20,000 nucleotides of DNA, from the NCBI GenBank assembly GCA_001724265.1, contig MEDY01000132.1, forward strand, positions 48,074 through 68,073, in the 5' to 3' direction. Source of the stretch: Rhizaria sp. SCN 62-66 (Eukaryota). This document shows positions 1-10,300 of the stretch, in pieces. Each line of letters begins with the position of its first letter. The stretch's first letter is position 1. Below the pieces are notes generated by a model. The model was not told the origin of the DNA and searched no databases. It was given only the letters and a program-made list of their open reading frames with translations. The translations under genes and the position numbers were made by a program.

Positions 1-1736
1 GAGCCTAATCCCTGCTGCTGCAGTTGCTGCAGCTGCTGTTCTTGCTGCTGTGCGTTAACCAGAGTGAGCGCTTCGTCTTCGTTCAGTCCCCTTACGCGCA
101 TGAGCGAAACTGCACGGAGCAGCATGTCCATATCCTGTTCTCCTCCGCCGTTGCCGTCGCCGTTGCCGTCGCCGCCGTCGTCAGAGCCGCCTTGCTGCTG
201 GCCGCCGGCAATGCGACCCTGAAGGGCTGCAATGGCGGCGACGGTCTCAGCGTCCAAACCACCTGTGGGGTTAACGGCGATATTCGGGTTGGAGTTAGGA
301 TAGAACTGAGCACGCCCTTGAGACAGTTGCTGAGACTGCTGTTGTTGAGCCTGAGCCTGCGACTGCGACTGAGACTGCTGCAGAGCGAGCTGTTGCTGCT
401 GCTGTTGTTGCTGCTGTTCTTCTTGCTCCTGGTGGTGCTGCAGCATCATCGCCGCAATCGTTTGCGCCACCGCCACTTGCTGCTGCTCCTGCTCCTGCTT
501 CAGCGCCGCAATCTCAGCCCGCTGCCGCGCCAGCTCCGCCTGCTGCCACGCGACCACGGCCACGGGGTCATGCGACGCGGGGCCACTTACATTGGCATTG
601 GCGGCACTTAGGTTCGCCAGGCTCGCGCTAGCGTTGACGCCCGCGGTGTTGCTATCGAGGATACCGATGGCGTTGCCGTTGATGTTGTTGTTTCCGGCGA
701 GTGCGGCCATGGTTTGACTGCGCAGCGCAGCAATAGCGTCGCTCTGCGCGTTCGCCAGCGCGGACGGCAGCGCAGCAACCGCGCTCGCGGCAGCAGCGTT
801 GTTGTTGTTGCTGTTGAGCATCTCAGTATTGGTGCTGCTGATGTTCGGGACAGGGAGGATCAGACCTGGGGCGGCGGCGGCGGCGGCTTGGTTCAGCACC
901 AAGGGGGGCGCAGAGTCCAGGGGCAACGGCTCCTCCGGATGGCGGCGTTTGAAATGGCGGCAGATCGCGCTGTGGCTCGCGAAGACTGCGGTGCACAGCG
1001 TGCAGGGGTACAGCGCGGCCGGCAAGGCCCGGTCCAGTGACAGCACAACTGCCGCAGCGGACGCGTCAACAGCGCTGGCGTTGTTGTTGGCAGGAGCAGC
1101 AGAGTAGCCCGGTTGTTGCTGCTGCAGCTGCTGCAGCTGTTGGGGGGTGTGATGCAGGTTCTTGAGCGTGAGTTGTGCCTGCGCTAACTGCGCCGCTAAT
1201 GCAAGCTTCTCACTCTCCGCCGCCGCAGCGGCAGCGCGCGCGCGCTCGGCGTCGGCGCGGGCGGCCGCAGCCTCCGCCGCGGCGGCGTCCAGCGCGGCGC
1301 GAGCCTTGACCTGCGTGGTGTCAACGTCGCGGCGGCTTGAGTCGGCTTTGGTCTCGAGATCGTCGAGCTCGCGTAAGAGAGCGTTTTGCGTGTTGATGAG
1401 GTACTCTTGCTGAAGCTGCATGAAGCGCAGCAGGTGCAGCGTGTTGGCGGGTGGCATGCCGGAGACTTCGGCGAGCGTGATGTCGGCGAAGGACGTGTGG
1501 GGCACGGAGTTGTGAAGCTGCATGAGGTCCTTGCTGGCGACGACACGGTCCAGGTCGAGGCCCAGAATGAAGTCCCAGTTCAGCGCGCCCGTGCGGCGGC
1601 GGAAGCGGATGTCGCGGGTCAGCTGCGGCATCCACGGGGGCTGCTGCTGCTGCTGTTGGGGAGCAGGGGCAGGGACTGAGTAGCCGACGCCGCCGCTGCC
1701 CTGAGGCCCCCCCATCCCTTGTCGATAGGAGCTCAT
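1..1736 (-). CDS. DZIP1: DZIP1/Iguana-like ciliary basal-body protein (Dzip-like N-terminal domain, coiled coil, C2H2 zinc finger); 3'-truncated by the window edge
   Basis: ATG at 1736-1734 opens a stop-free frame to the window edge (about 578 codons). Hand translation: MSSYRQGMGG...DIRFRRRTGALNWDFILGLDLDRVVASKDLMQLHNSVPHTSFADITLAEVSGMPPANTLHLLRFMQLQQEYLINTQ, matching the Dzip-like_N pattern F..R...W.....D.D.V....DL..L......F.......L.R..QL..EYL...Q. An Ala/Glu coiled coil follows, then YPCTLCTAVFASHSAICRHFKRRHPE (C2H2, 1004-939) and Gln/Ala-rich sequence. Confidence 0.85.
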   Translation of the reverse strand, partial: MSSYRQGMGGPQGSGGVGYSVPAPAPQQQQQQPPWMPQLTRDIRFRRRTGALNWDFILGLDLDRVVASKDLMQLHNSVPHTSFADITLAEVSGMPPANTLHLLRFMQLQQEYLINTQNALLRELDDLETKADSSRRDVDTTQVKARAALDAAAAEAAAARADAERARAAAAAAESEKLALAAQLAQAQLTLKNLHHTPQQLQQLQQQQPGYSAAPANNNASAVDASAAAVVLSLDRALPAALYPCTLCTAVFASHSAICRHFKRRHPEEPLPLDSAPPLVLNQAAAAAAPGLILPVPNISSTNTEMLNSNNNNAAAASAVAALPSALANAQSDAIAALRSQTMAALAGNNNINGNAIGILDSNTAGVNASASLANLSAANANVSGPASHDPVAVVAWQQAELARQRAEIAALKQEQEQQQVAVAQTIAAMMLQHHQEQEEQQQQQQQQQLALQQSQSQSQAQAQQQQSQQLSQGRAQFYPNSNPNIAVNPTGGLDAETVAAIAALQGRIAGGQQQGGSDDGGDGNGDGNGGGEQDMDMLLRAVSLMRVRGLNEDEALTLVNAQQQEQQLQQLQQQGLG

Positions 1737-2253
1737 TGCCGTTCGAGACAAGACTCAGTAGGAGTGATCAAACGCAACAGTTGAATAATTATAGCGGTTA
1801 CTTTGTTTTCACAAACTACAGAAGGGAAAAATGCAGAAGGTAGATCATGGTTGAGTGAGAAGGAGCCGATGGGGAAAGAGCGGTTAACTGTCAAGTGCAA
1901 AGTCGATCACACGGAATACAGCAACAAAGAAATAAACAGAGAACCAAAGAGAAATACACCAGAAATCCCATAAACCATTGTATGTAATAGTTTACTGGTG
2001 ATCTCTCTGACGATCATCACAACCCGTGATTCGAAATCAAACAATGAAACCGCACCGACACGAGCCTTCGGTCAGCCGATCCCGAGCACTAACGTGACAC
2101 GAGACTCATAAATCACGATAGCAGGTAATACATATCATCACTTGAGATAGTGAAAATAAACTCAAAAGATGTATTTTTACTTAAAATAAACAATTCTTTG
2201 ACTGGGCTCAACACCCGATTTTATATATACCGTTTAAAGCCGCATTTGGTTCT

Positions 2254-4318
2254 TTAATGCGTGTGGCCCGCCGCCGCCAGGAAGTGGGGCTTCTTGGGCG
2301 CCGCGCCGCTGTGTCCGTGGCCGCCGTGGCTGTGGCCATGGTCATCCAGCCCGCCGTCGAGCGCAGACACGCCGAAACCGCCATGCTTGGCCATCATCAT
2401 CGGCGACCGCGTCAGCATCTCACTCATGCTGACGTTGCCGTGGCCGTGACCGTGGCCGTGGCCGTGGCTATCGAGCGGCGCGAGCTTGGCCGAGCCGATG
2501 CGCGAGCCCGCGCGCGAGTGCGCGCCCGCAGCGGCGTTGCGGTGCAGGAACATGGGCGTGGCGGGCAGAACGTCGCGCACGCCGCCGACGAAGAGGGGGG
2601 AGTTGTCCGAAGTGAGGCCACCGTCCTGGTCGGGGATCTGCTCATAGTCGGTGGTTTTAGGCAAGCCGGGGAAGGAGAGATTGCCGTTGTACACGGCCGT
2701 GCCGTAGAAGAGGAACACCATGCCGCCGAGCTCGAGCCACGAGGCCGGGGACCAGGGCTCGCCGATGATGCCCATCGAGTAGTAGAAGACCATGCCGATG
2801 ATCCAGACGGCGACGGGGCGGCAGTTGTCCATGATTGCGTGCCAGACGGAGTTGAGCAGGTACGTGATGTAGATGCAGAAGACGTTGTAGAAGAACACGA
2901 TCAACGTGAAGCCAATCAGGAGCATGAAAAGCGGCAGGGATGAGAACATCATCGTGAGGGCCTCGTAGCAATCCTCGTACTTGCCGTTATCGGGACCCGG
3001 CAACACGTGCATTAAGGGGAAAACAGCGCCGAGGAAAAGGATTACTCCCCACACGCCCTCCATGCCGACCAGGACAAGGGGCGGCACGGAGTCAAATGAC
3101 ATGACCTTCTCTTCGAAGACATACTGCGCGCCTTGAACGAGGCAAGACGCCAGGATGAACATGATACCAATCCTATAGTGTTGTAAAAACAGCGCAAATA
3201 AGGTCAAAGAAGAGCATATGTGAGATGGCAAAGTGAAACATATACATGGAGTTATTATAGTTATTTTGGGAAACTTCAATATGATATATGCGTCGATTTA
3301 AAGCAACGTTGTTACGTTATTATTACGCACCTGGCGTCCGTGTAGTGGCCACTGCCCTCGCTAACAGCGGCGTCGGCGGGGGCGAAGAACGCCGTAGACC
3401 CGACAAGCGCCATCGCGAGCGCGTTAATGCCGACACCGGCCCACATGTTGCCCGAAAGGCGGTGCTTGAGGACGAAAGCCTTGAGCATAGCGGTGACGAT
3501 AATGACGGTGCAGCGGGAGAGCTGATACACAGAAACGGAAGTGTAGAGCAGACCGATGGTGCTCAAAGCGGTGCCAATGAGGTCAAAAAGCGACGGAATA
3601 AGAAGGATGGCGTTGAGACGCAGCGAGAAGAGGTTGCGCCAGTCAGCAAGCGCATCCTCCTCGTCCTCATCGTCCTCGGCCGCAGACTCACAGTCGCCTC
3701 CCAGCTCACAGCCACCTGCCTGCTTGGCGTCAGCGCCGGCACCGGGGAGCTGCGGCGAAGACGCCAGGATGCTCTCGAGCTTGGAGGAGCCGAGACCCTT
3801 CTTGCCGCTGGCGGCGCCGGACTGGTAGGACGACGGGGACGACTCGGAGGCGTTGTCGCCGAAAGGGTCTGAGAGGTCGTAGGAGCGAGAACTGCTCTTG
3901 GCGAGGACGGTGCCCGAGACGTTGGGCGCGGGGCCGGCCGAGATGCGCGCGGCGGTGGCGGCGGCGCGCGCGGCGGCCTTGTTGCGGCGCTGGAAGTAGA
4001 TGATGGTGTAGTAGAGCGGGAGGGCAGCTGCCATGCCGAGGAACATGAGGAAAGTCATGAAGATGGGCTTCTCGTAGTATTTCAGCTCGCCGTTGCTCGC
4101 AACGCCGCGGGTTTGGTACACGGCCTTAACCATCAGGGTACTACGCAAGGGGAAATCAAGGGCACGGCAAAAACAGAGAGAAAACGTGTGAGCTGGAGGC
4201 GTGCATACGAGTGAAAAAAAATAAATTTGCGAGGATGGGGAGGAGAGAAGACGGACCTGGCAGTACCCATGATGAGGCCGAGGAAGAAAACGGGCATTTG
4301 CCACGTTCCGGCTTTCAT
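2254..4318 (-). CDS. SLC35F6/CRT-like solute carrier (DMT superfamily), 596 aa, 3 exons
   Basis: Exons 4318-4257, 4140-3331 and 3172-2254 join in frame (1791 nt). Introns are 4256-4141 (GTCCGT..TAG) and 3330-3173 (GTGCGT..TAG). Protein: MKAGTWQMPVFFLGLIMGTASTLMVK..YEKPIFMTFLMFLGM..IPSLFDLIGTAL..GLLYTSVSVYQLSR..QGAQYVFEEK..LVGMEGVWG..FFYNVF..AIMDNCRPVAVW..GEPW...LELGG. It has about 10 hydrophobic segments and motifs typical of SLC35F6-like proteins. Confidence 0.88.
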
Positions 4319-5954
4319 TGTAAAGCCTATAAAACCACGCAAGGTGAAATGTAGCGGGGAAGTCCGATGAGATGGTGAGGATGTGAGTGAGTTGTGGGGC
4401 AAGAGAGATCGCGGGGCAGGTGGCGTGCGCTGAGGGTTGGGACAGGAAACGATCAGCGTGAATTGCGAGGTCAAAACAAGTATTTCATCGGACAACATTA
4501 TAATGAAGTAGATATAACGTAGAAAAGTAGTAAGGATCGTGTGTTGCAGATCAACTAACGATGTGAATGTATGAGTAAAAGAGACCGCAGTTAGGCCCAA
4601 CATGGGCAGACCCGCGATTCCTGCCACAGGCCCTGTCAAGCGCTTGCACTCTAGCATTTCTCAAAAATATGCGTATTAAGTGGTTCACTTTGCGGGTGGG
4701 CTTTGACATGTAGAGTCAAACATGACACGTATGTATTTTCATAAAACTGTTCCACGATACGTCTTTGTTGTCATGCTCTCTCCGGTCATTTCGGTCATTG
4801 GGGCGACGCTTGCCCAAGGTCGCTTGTCAGAGGCGTAGCGAGGCTAGACAGAACCATATGAATACGAAGCATGGATATGGGTTGTCCAACTTACTGGCCT
4901 TTGACCCTCCATGTGTCTCACTCATAGTGAGCGCTGCTGCTGTCATTCACATACACCAACGTTGTCCAGACGGGCACCAGACGTCCACAGACACCAACGG
5001 TTGAGAAAGCTGAGGAGGCTGAGACAATTCGTTGCTAAAGCCCCTATTGCTACTGCGAATACCGTCGACGCAACTGTGAGTGGATTTGTGACTATGACAA
5101 CTGTAACCTGCGGTGTTTGACAACACCTGAATGGTAGAGTCTACTTGCTTGCAACATGCTGCGCCTCGTATATCACGACTGATTGCGAACCCACGGAGCG
5201 AATGAGCGTTGGATGTGCGACTCGCTACTCCGAGTCAACGACAAACCGAGACACTTGGACACCTAGGGCATGAACGCGCGTTTGAGCTCCCGTGTCTTCA
5301 GCTTGCTGTTGAACGATGAGCGCGATGGTTTCAGTGGTACAGTACATGTACTAAGTTATGCGGCGGCTAGGAAGACAGTACCACTTGTTGCTTGCTGTAT
5401 TGTTTCGTACATACTGTTTTTCATGTCACTTTTGACATACTGTATTGAGTAATTTCTTTATATCCTCCGACCACCGCTTCAATTCTGAGTTTCCACACTT
5501 CCACAATCACTGCCCCACAACATGTTTTTACTCGACAAAATACAGTATAACACGCACTTGATGAAAGGTTTAGGGAGCGAATTTTAAGCATCATGTAGGA
5601 TAACACGCCAACCCCAGATAAGCAAAGTCTGAATACCCGGAACATCTGTCTATGTTGTCATGCACCATGTGTAATGATGTGTATAGCCGTTTGTGGTGAC
5701 CCGGCCACGCTGAGTGGCAGAGGTCGAGACTACGACCTTTGAAATAACGGCTCTTATGCTTCCCCAATCGCTTTGTAAACTCCGTCAATCAACATATCGA
5801 CACCGACTTTTACTAAATTAACATCCATTCACTTTATGTTTACAACCACAGTTTTTCAGCTCCTGCCTTAGGAGCGTATACATCGGGCAAAGTTAGCAGT
5901 GTAGCAAACTCTCAACCGTCCCACCTCCTCGCCTCTTCTGGCTTTTCTACAGCA

Positions 5955-6300
5955 ATGGTACGACTTCCCATCGCTCTTATTTTTGACTATTACACGTTAT
6001 CTGTGCGTTATTACAATTATTTACTAACGCAACTTGCATACCTATTGTTAACCTGGTTTATTTCTTGTTTTTGCGTTCCAGAGCTCGCACCACCTCACTG
6101 CTCCCAACAGCAGCAGCAGCGGCGGCAGCGGCGGCAGCGGCGGCAGCGGCACCACACACGGCCCGCCACGCGCCCCACCGCCCCCCGTGGCGCCGCAGAG
6201 GCCCACTGACTCGTCTCAGCAGCCTGCCACAGCAGCCGCCCCTGCGACTGCGACTGTGAGCGTCTCTCGACGCGGCTCGCTGGCAAACATCATCGCCGGT

Positions 6301-6346
<46 letters not shown>

Positions 6347-7295
6347 CGGCTGCAGGTATGAACGCCAGCAGCCATAGTTACGGTGGCGGTGCCAAGTCCG
6401 CTGCAAACAGCCGGCGCGGTTCTTTTAGCAGCAATAACAACAACAGTAACAACAACAGTAACAGTAACCCGATGCAACAACATCACCACGACGCGCCTGC
6501 GACGCTGCCTCCGCTCCACAACATCAACAAGACCGACAGCGCCGCCTCGAGTGCGGGCAGCGGCGGCGGTGGCAATGGAGCCGGGCCGAAGCGCGCGCCG
6601 CTGGCGGCTGCGTCGCGAGGACTGCTTCTGAAGGCCGTCGAGCGCAGGCAGAAGGAGGCCGCCGAGAAGAAAAATCAGGCCGCGCCTGCTGCGGCAAAGG
6701 ATGTAAAGACTGCACAGGATGTACGTGCGACGGGTGATGACGAGATTGACAAGTTTGTCAAGAGTAAGCTCTATCAAGACGAAGTGGCAGCCGCCGCTGA
6801 GGCCGCCGCCGCCGCCGCGGCCGCAGCCGCCGCAGCTGGAACAACGCCAACAGCGACGACCTCTGCTAAAGCACCTGCGTCAGCTGCAAAGGCTCCGACT
6901 GCCTCTGCACATGTTTCTGTCTCTGCTTCGGCTGCCGGCGTGCCAAACACGAGACCCGCTGCAGCTGCCGATGTAAGTGCGAATGTTAGTGCCGACGCTG
7001 CTGCTCCCACTGTAAAGCCGACGTCTCAGGGGGTTCACGTGCCTGAGCACGGCAACCCCAGCAGCTCTAGTCTAAGCGCCTCCTCTGACGGCGAGCCCGA
7101 CGCTGAGCCCCAGGCTCAGAAGAGCGGTGCACCCAAGTCCAGTGCCACTGCGGCTGTTGCAGTGGGTGCCGCCGTCGCCGGCGCCGTCATTGGCGCGGGC
7201 GCCGGCGTCGCCGCCGCTCTGTCTCTGTCCCAGAGCTCTCATTCGACTAAGACTTGCAGTGCCGCGGCCAGTCATACTCTCAGTCATACTGAGCC

Positions 7296-7333
<38 letters not shown>

Positions 7334-10300
7334 GTGAGGCGGTCGTTCGTCGTGGCTCGCTGCCTGAGTTGCCCCCTCCGTCACCCACTGCCGCGGCCAA
7401 AGCAGACGCGACCACTCCAGCAACTGCTGCACATGCGACGGAACACACGGTAAGGACCGCGGTTACCGGCACAACTGACGCAACCGCTGTGACCGGGTCC
7501 AGCGACTCGCTGCCACAGTCGAAGGCGCAGTCTCGGACGCACTCGCGCTCACAGTCGGTGGTCAAAGTTAAGCCGCACGAGTCAGTGTTGGATGCGGTGA
7601 ACAACGCTGAAATCAACGAAGCCAGCACCATTGACGAAAACGGCGTCGTCGTCAGCAATGTCGTGGGAAGTAGCAAGAACGAGAATGCTGGGACTGTTCT
7701 TATGGTGACTCCGCCGACAGCGGCCGCGGATGTGTTCAGTCAGCAACACCAGCTCACTGTTGATGTTGCCTCGACTTCGGCGGCGACGTCATCCGCCGAC
7801 AACACTCTCAACAGCAACGCCGCCAAGAACAATGCCACGAGTAACAATAACAATTATAACCTGAGTGTGGGCTATCACAACCTCAGTGGCAGTGACAAGT
7901 TTGCGACCCCATTAGACTCGCGCCAGAGCCCCTTACACGCACAGTCTGAGCACGGTGTGCAGCTGCACTCCGGCGCCGTTGATGTCAATTCGTCGCCGCT
8001 TCCGTTGCCGCAGTCGTTTAGAGCGGTGAACAACGAGCTGACCAAGAGCGCGAGCGCTGACACTGCCCTGGGCACCAATCTCACGCGCGGCAAGAACAAC
8101 AGTAGCAGCGGCAGCAGCACCGCGGTGAGCACGAACGCTCACAGTGACACGCACGCGGGCTTGGTCGCCGCCAGTGACAGCGGCCTCAAGACTGCTGCTC
8201 ACGGCACGGACGCTCATATCGACGGTCACAGTAGTGAAAACAAGGACGCCGCTGCTGGAGCCACTACCACTGCTACGACGGCGTCGACTAAGGCACCCAC
8301 CGAGGCGACAGCTGCGGCGGCGACGGAGGCCGCGACTGCTACTACTGCTGTTGACGGCGCTAATGGTGTTGTTTCCCCCAAGGCTAAGGGTGCCAAGTCG
8401 AAGGGCAGCGCGAAGTCGGAGTCTAAGGGTGCCGAATCCGCATCGAACGCCATTGAGGACGCTGTATCTAAGGACCCCGTGTCAAAGGGGGCCGAGTCTG
8501 AGGCTGAGTCTAAGGGCTCCAAGCCCAAGACTGGTGCTGAGAAGGCTGACCATGTAGCTGCTGACGATACCGAGAAGACTGTCGCCGCTGCCGCGACTGG
8601 CGCTGTGGCGATTGGAGCCGCTGCCGCTCTCGCAGCGACCGCCGCTACGGCCGATTCTCATGCGACCGCCACAGACTCTGCTGCCACTCCTGCCGCTGCG
8701 AATGCTGTCGCGTCCCCGACCGGCAAGAAGGCGAAGAAGGACAAGAAAGGCAAAGCCGGCCCCGCCAGCGGAAGCCCCGCGGCCTCTACAAGCGCCAGCG
8801 CCAGCGCCCGGTCCAGCCCCGCGGCCAGCACCGCCGTCTCACGCACCGCGACCGCCACCACCTCGGCACTAGCTGCGACTGCGGCCCCGGCGGTGGCGAC
8901 AGCGACTGTGATCAAAGCGCCCGTGGCTCCGCATGCCGCCGCGGCAGCGGTGAACTGTTTCACCTTGCAAGATGACGAATACGCGGAGAAATACGACAAG
9001 ACCAGTGCCAACGCAGCAGCAAATCACGCGACTGAGAAGACGCCTACATCGGCGGTCAACGCCAGCTCGAGCTCTGGTGTCAGCGGCGTCACACTGGAGA
9101 CGTCGTCGTCTAAGGGTGGCGTTGACGCGCGCAGTGTAAGCACCCCCTCAGTGCAGCGTAAGGGCGCGTTTGAGATCATCCCGTTAGTCAAGCCGCCCCT
9201 GACGCCGCAGGGTACTTACCCCGCGGACGGCGCTTACGTCATCGCGACTGACCGCACTTACATCCCCGCGCCGTCTCCCGCACACAGCGATGCAAGCGCC
9301 ACTTCTGACCGCATGAGCCCCAACGCCAATGATAAGAGCGTGCACACTAGTGGCCGCAGCAGCAGTCGAAGCTCTCTCAACGCGCTCATCATGCCCCTTA
9401 GTCCCAGCAACAGTGCGTACATCGCCCCCGTGGCGGAGGACGGCAACGACGACGACGCCAACCTCAACGATGACGACGACGACGACGACGACGACGGCGA
9501 CGGATACGGCGGCGCCAAGGCCCCCAAGGCCCGCGCGTTTGTGTTCGCGGACGTCGCCGAAAGCAGCGCGCGCGCGGCCGACCCACGCCGCTCCTCTCTC
9601 ACCACTCTTAACAGCAATAGCAACAGCAATAACTCCGCTGGCATGAGCGGCGCTACCGCGCGCACGAGCAGTGCCGCCGGCACAAGGCCCACGACGAGCG
9701 TGTCCGTTGCGACGCCGCGCAACGCCAACGGGACTGAGAAGGTCCCTTCCGTGGCCGCTGCTGAGACTGCTGCTGCTTCGGGAGCGGTTGGCAAGACCGA
9801 AAGCACGAAGCGTGCGGCGCAGCGGCGCGCGATCGAGATCCTGCACTTGGATCCCCGCGGCGGCGTCATCCTGGCCTCGGAGGAGGAGGCCAAGGCGCTG
9901 GAGGCCGCAAAGAACATCAAGAACCCCTTCGCAACCGCACTCAGTAACGCTGCTGACGGCGCGACGGGCGACGCCGCGTCGACAACAACCAGTGTTGGCA
10001 AGGATGTCAGTGAGGCGCTCGCACTGGCGGCCGCCACTGCTAGCCGCGCCCAAACCTCCGCCAGTGCGACGGGAACGGACTCCTCGGAAAACAGCACCGG
10101 CGATAGCGGCGCTAGCAGCGGTAAGAAGAACCGCGTCGTCGTCGACGGCGCTGTGACGCTTAACGCCAGCGACTTCGCCACGGCCGACGAAGTGCTGACA
10201 TGCGGGCCCAAGGGTGGGCTCGGCGAGGGCGCCTGCCTCGCCCCGTCGCTTAAGTCGTTCGTGGCGAGCTGGGACGCGCAGCTGGAGAAGAAGTTTCCCC

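Noticed and set aside
24..1679. Plus-strand ORFs 24-611, 714-1040 and 1386-1679
   Set aside because: Codon-aligned antisense shadows of the DZIP1-like frame; the Leu runs mirror Gln codons.
5568..5574. Telomere-like TTTAGGG (also near 16214)
   Set aside because: Isolated single copies, expected by chance.
5558..5632. Possible box C/D snoRNA (TGATGA ... CTGA about 70 nt apart)
   Set aside because: No terminal stem, no clear C'/D' boxes and no rRNA complementarity I could recognise; an Rfam or snoscan search would be needed.
5937..5949. TCTGGCTTTTCTA resembles my recollection of a rhizarian spliced-leader 3' end (possible relic SL)
   Set aside because: Short, imperfect, recalled from memory and fully explained as a polypyrimidine tract.
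6721..6726. GTACGT donor-like hexamer inside the large exon (also GTATGA at 6356)
   Set aside because: No AT-rich intron body or pyrimidine tract follows, and the frame stays open with coding-like composition.
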